The notes: generated by a model not told the origin, from the sequence alone. Shown: positions 45,873 to 59,394, counted from the stretch's first letter. The stretch is DNA of 64,000 nt from the human T2T-CHM13v2.0 reference genome, Homo sapiens (GCF_009914755.1 NC_060935.1); one strand, 5' to 3'. Translations and numbers: made by a program.

Positions 45873-46446
45873 CTTTGTGGTTTTATCTACCTCTGGTCTT
45901 TGATGATGGTGATGTACAGATGGGGTTTTGGTGTGGATGTCCTTTCTGTATGTTAGTTTTCCTCCTAACAGTCAGGACCCTCAGCTGCAGGTCTGTTGGA
46001 GTATGCTGGAGGTCCACTCCAGACCCTGTTTCCTGGGTATCAGCAGTGGAGTTTGCAGAACAGTGGATATTGGTGAACAGCAAATGTTGCTGCCTGATCG
46101 TTCCTCTGGAAGTTTTTTCTCAGACGGGTACCTGGCCGTGTGAGGTGTCAGTCTGCCCCTAATTGGGGGTACCTCCCAGTCAGGCTACTCGGCGGTCAGG
46201 GACCCATTTGAGGAGGCAGTCTGTCCGTTCTCAGATCTCAAGCTGCATGCTGGGAGAACGACTACTCTCTTCAAAGCTGTCAGACAGGGACATTTAAGTC
46301 TGCAGAGGTTTCTGCTGCCTTTTGTTTGGCTATGCCCTGCCCCCAGAGGTGGAGTCTACAGAGGCACGCAGGCCTCCTTGAGCTGTGGTGGGCTCCACCC
46401 TGTTCGAGCTTCCTGGCCACTTTGTTTACCTACTCTAGCCTCGGCA

Positions 46447-46710
46447 ATGGTGGGCACCCCTCCCCCAGCCTCGCTGCCGCCTTGCAGTTTGATCTCAGAC
46501 TGCTGTGCTGGCAATGATTGAGGCTCCATGGGTGTAGGACCCTCCAAGCCTGCTGCAGTATACAATCTCCTGGTGTGCTGTTTGCTAAGACCGTTGGAAA
46601 AATGCAGTATTAGGGTGGGAGTGACCCGATTTTCCACATGCTGTCTGTCAACCCTTTTCTTGGTTAGGAAAGGGAATTCCCTGACCCCTTCCACTTCCTG
46701 GGTGAGTTGA
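46447..46710 (+). pseudogene. L1 antisense ORF0 homolog with a premature stop
   Basis: Translates MVGTPPPASLPPCSLISDCCAGND* then, in frame, GSMGVGPSKP...IRVGVTRFS. Recognisable as ORF0 (MAGAPPPASLPPCSLISDCC...). Confidence 0.85.
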
Positions 46711-46919
46711 TGCCTCGCCCTGCTTTGGCTCACGCTCGGTGCGCTGCACCCACTTTCCTGCACCCACTGTCTGACAAGCCCCAGTGAGATTAACCCGGTA
46801 CCTCATTTGGAAATGCAGAAATCATTTGTCTTCTGTGTTGCTCACGCTGGGAGCTGTAGACTGGAGCTGTTCCTATTCAGCCATCTTGACTCCACCTGAT
46901 AAGTAGATTTTTCAGATGT

Positions 46920-47125
46920 ATCATTTGTGCTTTGTAAGGTGCTTTATATGTGATGTGATGTTAAAAGTTTAGTCATGAAATACATTCTTAGTATGTTAAT
47001 ATTAGACCCATTTTTTTTTCCAGAAAGGAAATCTGAACCTAGAAGAGTTAAATTTGTGAGAATCACTCAGATCATAGGTGGCCGAATGGACATTTACACT
47101 TAGATCCATCTGACCTCATTAGCTA
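46920..47125 (-). mobile_element. MIR
   Basis: 'cccattttttttttccagaaaggaaatctgaacctagaagagttaa...ccatctgacctc'. Confidence 0.6.
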
Positions 47126-49469
47126 TTTTCTTCTGACTTGATCACTCTTCATTTTTCCCTTTTTCACTTCTTAAGTTGGTAATATTAATTCTATTTTCTA
47201 ATTTTTGGCTCAGGAATTCAACACTCCTTACCCTCTGGATTATTTAGTCAATATCTTCTTTCTTCCTACCTGGGACTCACCTACCTGCAATAATCAGGAA
47301 AGGATGATGTAAGAAGTCTCCTAGACATTCATTTAAACTGATGTGGTTAACAATTGATAAATAATATATGATTATGAAGAAGCAGGAAAAGCTTTAAAAT
47401 AATTTAATAAATGAAGGCAATATCACTTTTCCTAGATGCCCATCTTTCTGAGATCATTTCATTTGTTCCAGCGAGGAGTAGTAGTTCTAGAATAGATAAT
47501 CTTAAGGGTCAAAGATTCATCTCAAGCTTTCTATTTACCACATATTCATCTCAATTTCCTTAAGAAAAAGAAAATGTTAAAAAATATCACAGATAAGGTG
47601 ATACACCACTGCTTGTGTACTTTTTAGCTTTGCAGGTTGTTGAATGATATGTTCTTTAGTTGAGAAAAGTGAGAAATTCTTCTTTATCTCTGAGTTTATT
47701 CCACAAAAGTAATCAGTTATTGTTGTAACTGCTACCTGCCCATTAAAGTGAATTTTATTGTCACATTTATCAATCAGAATGATTACTAGTAAGAATGATT
47801 AGATAATTGAACCTTTCTATGATTCAGATTTATTTAAAAAATCAAGCCTTATGCTTTTCACTACATGATTTAGAAGCAATAGATATTCTACAGACTCCAA
47901 ACTAACCAACATGCAATTAAAAACTAATTATTTATAAATTGTTTTATTCCATGTGACGTTACCCACATTGTTTGTGGGAATATAGAAATTGTTTTTTCTT
48001 TAGAAGCAATTTAATATACCATATGCTCTTTGATATTGAATTTTCTTTATTCAGAATTGTAAAAAAAAAACATGTCAAATCATGTTAGAGGAGAAAACTA
48101 GGAGGATGAAATGGAGAAAAATTCTTGTCCATTCAATTTTTCTCAACTTGTATTTGTAAAGAAAGCTCTGGGTTTAAGCTGTTTCCAATAGCACATAAGA
48201 CTCAGGATTCGCAATTTAACTCTTTTAAGGATATTTCCATATAAAAGTAGAAATGAAGATACCTTCCTATACAGTAGGCTGATTTCAGTCTACACTTCAG
48301 ACATAAGTTAATTCTCCAAGTCAGTTTAATAATCTATGACCATGAAACAATAAAAAATTGTAAATAATTTTCTCAAGCAAAAACATAACATTAAAATGGT
48401 AAGAGCATGTAAGCTTCTAAACAGCATAAACAGCACACATTTTGACATCTTTTTATCACTGAACTTAACTGAAATGACATGACATTATTTTCTTTCTATT
48501 TTCTGACTAAGTAGAAAATCAAATAATTGAATATAAATAGGTCCTATCATTGTGCTAGCTAGTTTTCTATATACCTTGACAATATTATAATCTTAAAATC
48601 AGGATATGTGATCAGATAATTTCTAATTTATAAATGAATTTATATATATATGGTCTTATAAATTTATAGAATTTAAATAACCTTATGCATTTAATAGAGT
48701 GGCTTAAATGAAGAGAATAAAATTCTAGAAATTTAAGACTCTTCCATGAGAGACAATACCTATGCTTGCCATTGTTTTTGTAGAATGATCCCCCAATGAA
48801 TAAGTTGCAGCCTTTTGTTCAATCTTATTTTAATTTTGTTAGGCAATGGGCCTTGAACCACTTCCCTTGGGAGAAACAGCTTAAATAGATTCTTGCCATT
48901 AGAAGGTTTTCTTTAATGTGTTTCCTGCTGGCAAGTGGGCTCCCATTATATTCTGAATCTGGGTCTCACTCACTGATGCCTAATAGTTAGAGGTGATTTC
49001 AAGAAAAGATAATTTAGTTGTGGTTAGAGGACAAAAGAAAAACTGCCAAATAGCACATTCAAAAGCAGTTCTCATGAAATTTTTAGAGCAGGCAATTCCA
49101 GCCACCAGGCTCCATCAGGTTAATGGAAATGAGGCCCTGATGCATGGAGCAATGTTTTGAAACATGTGCCGTGGAGGTATTGAAAATCTTTTCTTCAGCT
49201 ATGACAGTAGGTCCAGCTACATTGTTATTTACATAATGCTGCTGATTGACACTCTATAATTATTTCTATATATAGGCCTTGCTTTTTAAAATATTAATGG
49301 GATCCATTTCTACTAGACTAATTTCTGACTATAAAACCAGCCAGCCAGTCTGTCTCAAATGTTCATGCTCTTCCTGGAAGCTTCTTTATTTCTTTGAGGA
49401 TTTCCCATAAATTGGAGCCATCCTTAGAACAAAAGCACAAATAAATATAATGATTAAAATTTCAAAGTA

Positions 49470-50175
49470 GCTGAGCACTTTCTGTAGGATAAGCACATTT
49501 TTAATTGAGCTCAAATTTTTCTAGCAATGATCTGAGAAACGTATGAATCAGTTTTTCTCCTTAAGGAAATGGATTCTCAGCACATTTAGCAAGCATGCTC
49601 AGGAAAACACAGCCAGAGCATGGCAAAGCTGAGATATGGTTCTAAAGTCTGAATTTTTTCCATTAGTCACAGGATGTCTTTTTAATAATAAGTTCTTACT
49701 TGGGGGAAGCAGAAAACACATAGATGACAACTAGTTCTTCAATTATATTCTATATCATAAAACAACCATCATAAAATAATCTTCATTTTCTTTAAGAATG
49801 CAATAGGAAGAATATCAGACACTGAAATTCTGTTAAGCTACTGGAATTTTGGGCTTTCTTTTCTAATCTCCTGTTTCTCATCTATAAGATAGAGACAAAT
49901 GCATACTTCTCAAAGGTGGTATAAAGTAGATACATGTACTTGTTGATCCAGTGCTTGCCACACAAAATGACCCATCAATTTGAGATGTGGTCTATTCTAG
50001 TGATTATAAGTGTAGCACTACTTGGATGTGAATCCTGGTTCTACTACGTTTTAGCTGGATTATCTGTATGCATCTTACTTGGTCTGTGGTGAGAAAAAAA
50101 TGAGTTTGTAAATGTAAAGTTCATAACAGAGTTCCTGGCCCATTTAAAGGGCTCAAATGGTTAGCTATTAGTAAA
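49470..50175. mobile_element. Cluster of degenerate MIR relics
   Basis: 'acacagccagagcatggcaaagctgagat' (minus); 'ctgtttctcatctataa' and 'ttggatgtgaatcctggttctactac...aatgtaaagttcataacagagttcctggc' (plus). Confidence 0.5.
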
Positions 50176-51098
50176 TGATCATTGTTATTAAATCTAAATG
50201 TTTTAAACCTACTCTTTCTTTCTGCTGAACATTTATTTTTTGTAATGGAGCTTTATATATTTTTAATATGGCTTATGCATTTGTTTCACTTTTCTTTCCT
50301 CTATTTCCTTTCAAAAGCTCCTTTGTTTTCTCACAGTAATCTGTTGTGTTTATCATCTATGCAGACGGATTTGAAGATCTTCACTAACAGATCAAAGATA
50401 AAGAATTGGCCTTGCTGTGCAGACAGCCTCAGTCTGTAGGGAGCGTAAAACTTTAACAACAGTGATGGAGTCTGTATTGTTTCATTTCTTCTCTCTCTTT
50501 TCAGCTAATTTCCAAGCAACTTTTTACTCTCCAAAAAATACATTATCTGTACTTGACAAATTCTCAAAAAGAGGAACCCCCCCACACTATATAAACTAAA
50601 CTTCATATAAACTTGCTACTGTTTATTTTTTTTAATGGAGGCAGAAAGAGGCTTTTTATCACCCCTGAGACTTCTCAACATCATTAAAAAAAAAAACAAA
50701 ACTCAAGACATGTTTCATCATTTGGCATGCTTCTACTTTCCTTTTCATTTCTTCATATTGGGAGTTTCATCTATGATAGTTTGGCAAATTTTTGCAAAAT
50801 AAAATATATTTTACCACCTTCATGCGAGACTGACAGAAATTTTAATACTTGCTTCTAGAGAGGAAAATTTTTTCTCTCTTTTTTTCTCATAATAACAGGA
50901 ATAATTGGAAAATATTTTAATGTAACACATAAACCTCAGTGTTAGCAAAGTCTAATTTTCTATAACACAATACAAACTCTCAATGTGGAGATCCTAATGG
51001 AGGCTACTGGCACAAATGTAGGGATCCTCTCCAAACTTATTTTTGCTCCACTAAAGACCTTGGAATTAGATTCCTACACTAATTAGAAGAAGCATCTG

Positions 51099-51416
51099 GG
51101 CCGGTGTGGTGGCTCATGCCTGTAATCCCAGCACTTTGGGAAGCTGAGGCAGGCAGATCACTTGAGGTCAGGAGTTCCAGACCAGCCTGGCCAACATGGT
51201 AAAATCTCGTCTGTAGTTTAAAAAAAAAAAAATACAAAAATTAGCCAGGCGTGGTGGCAGATGCCTGTAATACCAGTTACTCGGGAGGCTGAGGCAGGAG
51301 TGCATGAACCCGGGAGGTGGAGGTTGCAGTGAGCTAATATCACGCCACCTCACTCCAGCCTGGCAGCCTGGGCAACAACAGAGCTAGATGCTGTCTCAAA
51401 AAGAAAAAAAAAAAAA
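51099..51416 (+). mobile_element. AluSx/Sz, full length
   Basis: Dimeric Alu with an expanded A linker and a small internal duplication 'cagcctggcagcctgg'. TSD aagcatctg on both sides. Confidence 0.95.
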
Positions 51417-54287
51417 GCATCTGTAGTAAAGCAAAATCGAAACCAAGAAAATGGCACAGTCTGGAGGCAATTTATATGAGTCAAATTCTAATATTGTTTG
51501 AAGAAAGAAATTAAACAGTTTTGCCACATTTATGTTGTGGAATAAAATTCTTAGAATATTTTAAAATATCTATCCATTTATAGTCAGGAAATGATTTTTT
51601 CACATAAAATTTTAAATTTAAGTTTGCAATTCTGATTTTATCATATTTCTCTAAAGTAAAATATCAAACTTGTTTATTTCCAGGCCATATAGGTGACATA
51701 CATTACATTTTAGAAGCAGCTCATTAACTATGCTAACAGAAAAGCATCTTTTATTTTTTAACATGCACAATGTTAAAGCTAATCTGCAATGCAGATAGAT
51801 TCAATAATACAACAACAGCTGTTGTAAAAATACAGCTTGACATCAAAGTCATTCATTGCACTCTTATTTGAATGTTTAAAACAAATTGTAGTTTGGGAGG
51901 CAGAAATCAAATATGATTTATTTCATTTACTTTACAAAAGATGGTTATTTAAGGAACTATTCGAGAAATAAAATTATACTTGTCACCTTGAGAAAAGGCT
52001 GGGATCCTTGAATTAATTACATTTGGTGCATTTATAGGACTCTCATATAAGATTCATCATGTCGAATATGTTTGCTGCTAGATGTCACTATAGTTTCAAT
52101 GTTACTCAACCACGGAATAGTTTCTTGGACTGTAAGATGGGAGTTATTGAGTTGGTCATCCTTGTTGTCCAGCATATGATTCACAAATGGAAAAATCTTC
52201 AATACTATTTCTATTAAGAAAAAATCATGATACATGCTTAGAGTACACATTAGAGATATAATTTCACTGAAGATTTTCTAATGGCATGTTTTGTGGTGTC
52301 AATTATCAGAATGACAGGAAGTAGTGGTGGTAATAGTTGGGGAAAACTCTACAGTTTTGTCTATATTTAAGGCTAGGTAAGAATCTCTCAAAATAATAAA
52401 AACAAATATGTTTTACCAGTAGACATACTTGTTTGGTTTTTAAAATATCACAATATGTTTGTTTATTTTATGTATTTAATTTACTATGTATATAAAATGA
52501 AATATATTTTTCTCCCAAACTATGTACCATTCCCTGTGGAACTTTCATAAGGTGATTAAATTTGTTACTCTGACATTGTTACTAAAGGCTTTACCAGCTC
52601 CTTGCAATTGGAAATCAGCTATATTTCCACTCCTCAACTGAATATAATGTGTTTAGCACTCTAGGGGATAAAAACAGAAATATTGGTGCAGTTGCCGATA
52701 TTTATGAGGAAAAACTGTTTCTACAAAATAAAAGTTGCACATGTTGCAATACTGCCCAGTGATTTTTACCCATAATCACTGGACTTCATTATCATGTTAA
52801 AGAGTATACTACTTACTTATAGGGGAATGAGAAGATTCATTCTGAGTTCATAGCATTGTCTTATTAAAATGTAGCACATCATTTTTATTTAAAGAAAACA
52901 TTTCATAAATATCTTTTATTTAAAGATATTAACGAATATCCATTGATGGCCTCCTTTGTGAACAAAAGGGAATGTTGCATCATAGTTCAAGAAAATATTG
53001 CAATTTAAGACAAAATGGTCATGATGACTTATAATTTTCTTGATGAGATCAAGAGCTCTCATTTATTTTAATTTATAGTACAGACCCTGTCAGGATTTTT
53101 TTTAACCTGTCACATGAAATATGTTATTAAGTGTTTCATTCATGTAAAATAAAGCAGAAATAGCATCTTCACAATTAGATGAGGTAATATGGCACAGTAA
53201 TAACCTAAAATGACAGCTCAGTATAACGTGACTTGCTGTGTGGCTAGCTTCAGGGTGTGAACAGCTTCACAGGAAACACAACCCGTGAGTAGGAAGGGTT
53301 ATATCGTTTTACTAAATTAAGCAGTTGTGAACTTGTAGGTGTTATTTCATTTTTCATGAATTAGTTCTCTGAAAGCAAATGAATGAAATAGGTAAAATTA
53401 CATCAGTATTTTCATTTTTAATTGAAGGTTTGACCTTCAAAACATATTTTCTAAGCCATTATGTTTAACAATACAAATATACAGATCACAAGGAAGCAAA
53501 CTTATCTTCATAACTAATTATTTTTAATAGTTATACATTAGAAATATTAAACAACAAATAATTTCCTTATTTGCTAAGGCCTAGGAAGATGTGTTCACAA
53601 CACTTATCTAAGGGATACAGAAATGCTTTTTAATCCTGCTCTCTGGAATGAGGGGGCTGACCAGAGAAAAAGGCCTCAGATTTGCATCTGGTTCACATGC
53701 TACAGAAAGGCAGTATGTGCATGTCAATGCAGGTCCTCAGAAGACCCCATCCACTTGTAAATGCAGTCCAATGAATGATCTGAAATGTGACAGGTCAGTA
53801 TGTCTACCTCTTGATTTGCCAGAAGCTGGAAAAGCTCTGCATTTATGTTAACATAAAAACAAGCTCATGAGACATAATGTATGGAATCACACTGTTAGCA
53901 TAGTGCATTCACAACTTCTACTTTGATAGTGATTTTCAAAGATATTTTATTTAAAAAGACTGTTTTTCTCAATATACTCTAAAACACATAGATTTTAACC
54001 ATATTCTAAAACAGACTTACAATATTCATGTATTGTTTTCCCCTGAGAAGAGTTTTGCCTTGGTTACATTCACTGTAAAAAACAATTTAAAAAGTAGCTA
54101 TTTAAAAAATTATTCTGGAATGACACTAAGATACATTTTTGCCTCTACTTTTAAGCTATCAAAAACTAAACTGTGTTTATTGAGTTTAATATTATAACAA
54201 GTTATTTAAAACAAAAATTACTTTTGAAATTGAACAAAGCAAATGTGATGAATAACACACAAGTCATTCCATAGTTTCAAACATTTT

Positions 54288-55785
54288 AAAAAACTACTTT
54301 AAAGTGCATATGGAACCAAAAATGAGCCCTCATTGCCAAGACAATCCTAAGCCAAAAGATCAAAGGGGGTCATCATGCTAATTGATTTCAAGCTATACTA
54401 CAAGGCTACAGTAAGTAAAACAGCATGGTACTGGTACCAAAACAGAGATATAGACCAATGGAACAAAACAGTGCCCTAAGAAATAATACCACACATCTAC
54501 AATCATCTGATCTTTGACAAACCTAACAAAAAAGAAATGGGGAAATGATTGCCTATTTAATAAATGGTGCTGGGAAAACTGGCTAGCCATATGTAGAAAG
54601 CTGAAACTGGATCCCTTCCTTACACCTTATACAAAAATCAATTCAAGATGGATTAAAGACTTAAATGTTAGACCTAAAACCATAAAAACCCTAGAAGAAA
54701 ACCTGGGCAATACGATTCAGGACATAGGCAGGGGCAAGGACTTCATGACTAAAACACGAAAGCATGGCAACAAAAGCCAAAATAGACAAATGGGATCTAA
54801 TTAAACTAAAGAGCTTCTGCACAGCAAAAGAAACCACCATCAGAGTGAACAGGCAACCTACAGAACAGAAGAAAATTTTTGCAATCTACCCATCTGACAA
54901 AGGGCTAACATCCAAAATCCACAAAGAACTTAAACAAATTTACAAAAAAAAATCAACCCCATCAAAAAGTGGGTGAAGGACATGAACAGACCCTTCTCAA
55001 GACATTTATGCAGCCAACAGACACATGAAAAAATGCTCATCATCACTGGCCATCAGAGAAATGCAAATCAAAACCACAATGAGATACCATCTCACACCAG
55101 TTAGAATGGCAATCATTAAAAAGTCAGGAAACAATAGGTGCTGGAGAGGATATGGAGAAATAGGAACACTTTTACACTGCTGGTGGGACTGTAAACTAGT
55201 CCAACCATTGTGGAAGACAGTGTGGAGATTCCTCAAAGATCTAGAACTAGAAATACCATTTGACCCAGCCATCCCATTACTGGGTATATACCCAAAGGAT
55301 TTTAAATCATGCTGCTATAAAGACACATGCACATGTATGTTTATTGAGGCACTATTCACAATAGCAAAGACCTGGAACCAACCCAAATGTCCATCAATGA
55401 TAGGATTAAGAAAATGTGGCACAAATACACCATGGAATACTATGCAGCCATAAAAAAGGATGGGTTCATGTCCTTTGTAGGGCCACGGATGAAGCTGGAA
55501 ACCATCATTCTGAGCAAACTATCACAAGGACAGAAAACCAAACACCGCATGTTCTCACTCATAGGTGGGGATTGAACAATGAGAACACTTGGACACAGGG
55601 TGGGGAACGTCACACACGGTGGTATGTTGTGGAGTGGTTGGGGGGGAGGGATAGCATTAGGAGATATACTTAATGTAAATGATGAGTTAATGGGTGCAGC
55701 ACACCAACATGGCACATGTATACATATGAAACAAACCTGCACGTTGTGCACATGTACCCTAAAACTTAAAGCATAATCAAAAAAA
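54288..55785 (+). mobile_element. 5'-truncated L1PA4/5-type element (~1.5 kb: ORF2 C-terminus and 3' UTR)
   Basis: ORF fragments [22 protein letters not shown] and [18 protein letters not shown] (Cys-rich motif with its second Cys lost). 3' UTR ends 'catgtaccctaaaacttaaag'. Confidence 0.97.
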
Positions 55786-56110
<325 letters not shown>

Positions 56111-57269
56111 TTACTTTTTTCTCCTTTCCCATTTCCTCCCATCTTATTTCAAATAAAAAGACTATTTTTATAAGAACATTCACATAAAGATTTACATGAT
56201 TCTATTTGTTTATATTGTTAAGTCTAGTGATCAGGAATACTCTTAGTTGGAGAAAATATATCTCTGGCCGAATGACATTAGAGGAAGAATTACTTTGATT
56301 TAGATTAGCTACTAATACATCTATCCAAAGTGCTTCTTTTTAAGAACCTTCAGCTGTCTTCAGATGGTTTCTTTCTGGGTGTTAACCTGGCAACTAAACT
56401 TGGTAGTTAAGGTGAGATCTCTGGAGTATGGCAGATCTTTCTGGTTTTGACTCTGTAAGAACTGGAGCAAATTGTTTAACCCTTTGGGCTACACTTTCCA
56501 TGTAGAGTGGGACATTAGGGTAATGTATTAGTTGGATCTGTAGGACACGGAGGCTAGAGAAGGTGAGTGGATAGGGAAGTAGGCTGTTAACTGTGAGAGC
56601 AAAATTTGGCAGTGAATCATTGTTCAAAAAGAGGAAGCAGAATTGAATAAACTTCAATGTGGTCCTATACATGTTGACCAAAAAAAAAAAAAAAAAAAAA
56701 ACTATTTTGCCAAAGCATTGATTTCACTGACAATCCACAGAGTGCATAATGGGAATTCTTGGCAAAAAAAAAAAAAAAAAATCTAGAATGACAACAAAAA
56801 AATTTGACCTCAAAGTGCATTCCTTGTAGAGAGATGTGCTGTATCAAACATATATTTCCTTAATCATACAGGTAACAAGCTATAATTACATTAATCAGAT
56901 TCTATTGTTGAGTCTTTAATGCCAGCATAACTCAGAAAGCTTTAATTAAATGATATATATATTTTGCATAATCTTTTCAGGAGAAATTTCGTGTCTCAAA
57001 TAAAACTTCAAGGTAATCCCATGTCAATAGTGAATATTCCAGTACTTATGATCCCCTGGATGTGATACTTTCTGATGCATCTGAACATACTACACACTGC
57101 TACTTCACAGATGACTTCTTAGCCTTCTTTTCTTGAAGTCTTTCCTTAAGATCATCACTGAAGTTATTTCTTCCAAGATCCTTGCTTTATCCCATTTCTT
57201 TGCCCTCAGGCTGGACAGGGTGCTCAAAATTAGTCAGAAATTGTAAATACATTAGAAACATTCTAGAGA

Positions 57270-57896
57270 GTTGTGATTTTTCATTGTTTTGATTTCTTTT
57301 TCATTTTGTCTTGAGGGTTCTCTGTTGCGAGGAACCATAAGCCAAGACAGCCCCTCTCTAGGAGAACCCTGACAGAGGGAAAGTTAGGTTCAGGTGTGTC
57401 AGTTAGGTGAGCTACAATGAGGAGGTGAAACCAAAATGCTGGAACCAGAAAGCAATTTATTATTTACAGATCTCAGAGAGGTTAGTGGTGTCAATGGGGA
57501 GGTGAGGCAGGAAAAGTCTGGGGGCAGCATGGAGCTCAACCAGCAGGCAGGGAGCAAGAGAGAGAGAAAGGACCTGTGGGACTATATCTTTACTAAAGTC
57601 CATGAGCATTATTTTTTAGGCTTTCCCACAAGAGGTGAGGACTGGGTAGTTTAAAAAACACATGTGGAAGAGGAAACATTTTCATGACTCTGGTTTTATC
57701 ATCGTCAGCAGCTGTTGAGTGTGCTGGATTTCAGGTCAGTGGGACAAGGAATAATAATGCTATCCCACAAACACATCCACACGGTAGGTAAGTTTTTACT
57801 AAGCCAAACGTGACAGGATATGATTGTTTTAAACAATTTATGTCAGGACTAAAAATGGATGCTGAGGCAGCAACTGTATTAAACAAATTTATAACA
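57270..57896 (-). mobile_element. ERVL solo LTR, MER74A-like
   Basis: Minus strand begins 'tgttataaatttgtttaatacagttgctgcctcagcatccattttt' and contains 'aataaattgctttc...ggtttcacctcctcattgt'. Family name from recall. Confidence 0.7.
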
Positions 57897-58644
57897 ATAT
57901 AACAATAGTTTAAGGAGAAAATTATTAAGTGTTATCAACAGCTTACAATATTTTTAGGAAGAGCTCACATTGTTTTCCAGGAAGACTGATGAAAAGAACT
58001 CTTAGCTAAACTTCCAGGAAAACTTCCAAAATTGCAGCTCAACAAAGCCAAGGGAGCTGCTACCTCTACCAGGATTTGCAGACCCAAGAAACTGCTGCTG
58101 TGGCCACTAGCTCTAGAACAAGCCACCTCTGCCATAATTGGGTGGCTGCCAAATCAGGGTCAAGTGCTTTATTGAGAAGTGGTCAGCTCTGGAACTACAC
58201 AGCTTGTTGATATATATCGTCAAAATAGAAATTTTCTGCACTCTGCCTCTCTTCCCAAATAATTTAGTACTTTTAGAGGCTTATATAAGCAATATTATTG
58301 GTGGATCCTAAATCATATATGGGATGCCAGTTATACAGTGGAGCAGAAAATTCAGCTTTTTAAAGCACGCTAATCTGTCTTTTCCACCGAGAATGGAATG
58401 CCAAAAAGTGTTGAACACAGAATCTGACGTATGCCCCTTCATTGTGCCCACTAGGAATTTATGTGTGGCACTCACCCCCTGCAGCAGATAAGGATTATAA
58501 TATTATTGCAGCATGTCTGTGATTTTTAATCAGCTATATCAGCAGGGCCTATCTCACAGTACTGTTATAATCTCAAATAAATAAATACATAAAAATACTT
58601 CAAAGTGTAATCCACACATTAAAAACTCTAAAATAACTGTTATT

Positions 58645-58780
58645 ATGACTTTACTTTCTTGCTTGTATATCTACCTCGATTGCAGATTCCTTCAGAATAG
58701 TGACTATATCCTTATTTTATAACCTAGTGCCTATCAGAGCATCTGGCACATATTAGGTGACCAATAAGTCTTGGTTAAAA
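58645..58780 (+). mobile_element. L2 3' terminus
   Basis: 'cctagtgcctatcagagcatctggcacatattaggtgaccaataa'. Confidence 0.65.
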
Positions 58781-59394
58781 TATTATAAGAGTGTAAATAA
58801 TCTTTTGTTGTGTTTTCCTTAGAGATTGAGGCCATAGAATACTAAGGGTATGCATTGGTATTTATTAAAGATCCTTGACTTTTAAAAAATGAGGACAGTT
58901 TGCATAGATAATGAAATCAAATTACTCATTTTTGTTTATTTGCAAGTCAAGTAAAAATAAAATGGTTAATGAGTATGCTTTCTAAAAAACATTTGATATA
59001 TATTAAAAATTATGGCAGACTCTTCTGTTGACTCACATATAACTTAATCAGCAATGTTAAAAAAAATTTAAACCTATTCGTCAATACATTTATCTCTACA
59101 TATTATGGAGGGTATTATTTCTTATAATAAATGTAACCTAGATATTCTGTTATTTATTACTCATAAACCAAATGAAACATAGATTGGCTGGTAAGAGATG
59201 ATACTGCATGTGTTTAATTTATGGGATTCAGTGGTGAAAATTTTTAGATCTGAAGTTTGAAAATCAGCAAAACAATGTGTTATTTTAAATATTTATTTTT
59301 ACCAAGTATTTTAAATTTTTCTGAGTCATTACTTTTGTTCTGGTTTTTATCCTTTTGTAAATGATTTTGTTTTTAGGTAACTAAAATCACTCTA

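Noticed and set aside
46150-46897. GC-rich region as a CpG island
   Set aside because: It is the L1 5' UTR, with most CpGs decayed to TpG or CpA.
55600-55652. G-rich tract with G-quadruplex potential
   Set aside because: This is the standard polypurine tract of the L1PA 3' UTR and is partly degraded here.
56680-56781. Two adjacent poly(A) runs as a processed pseudogene tail
   Set aside because: No upstream recognisable mRNA or small RNA body, polyadenylation signal or TSD.
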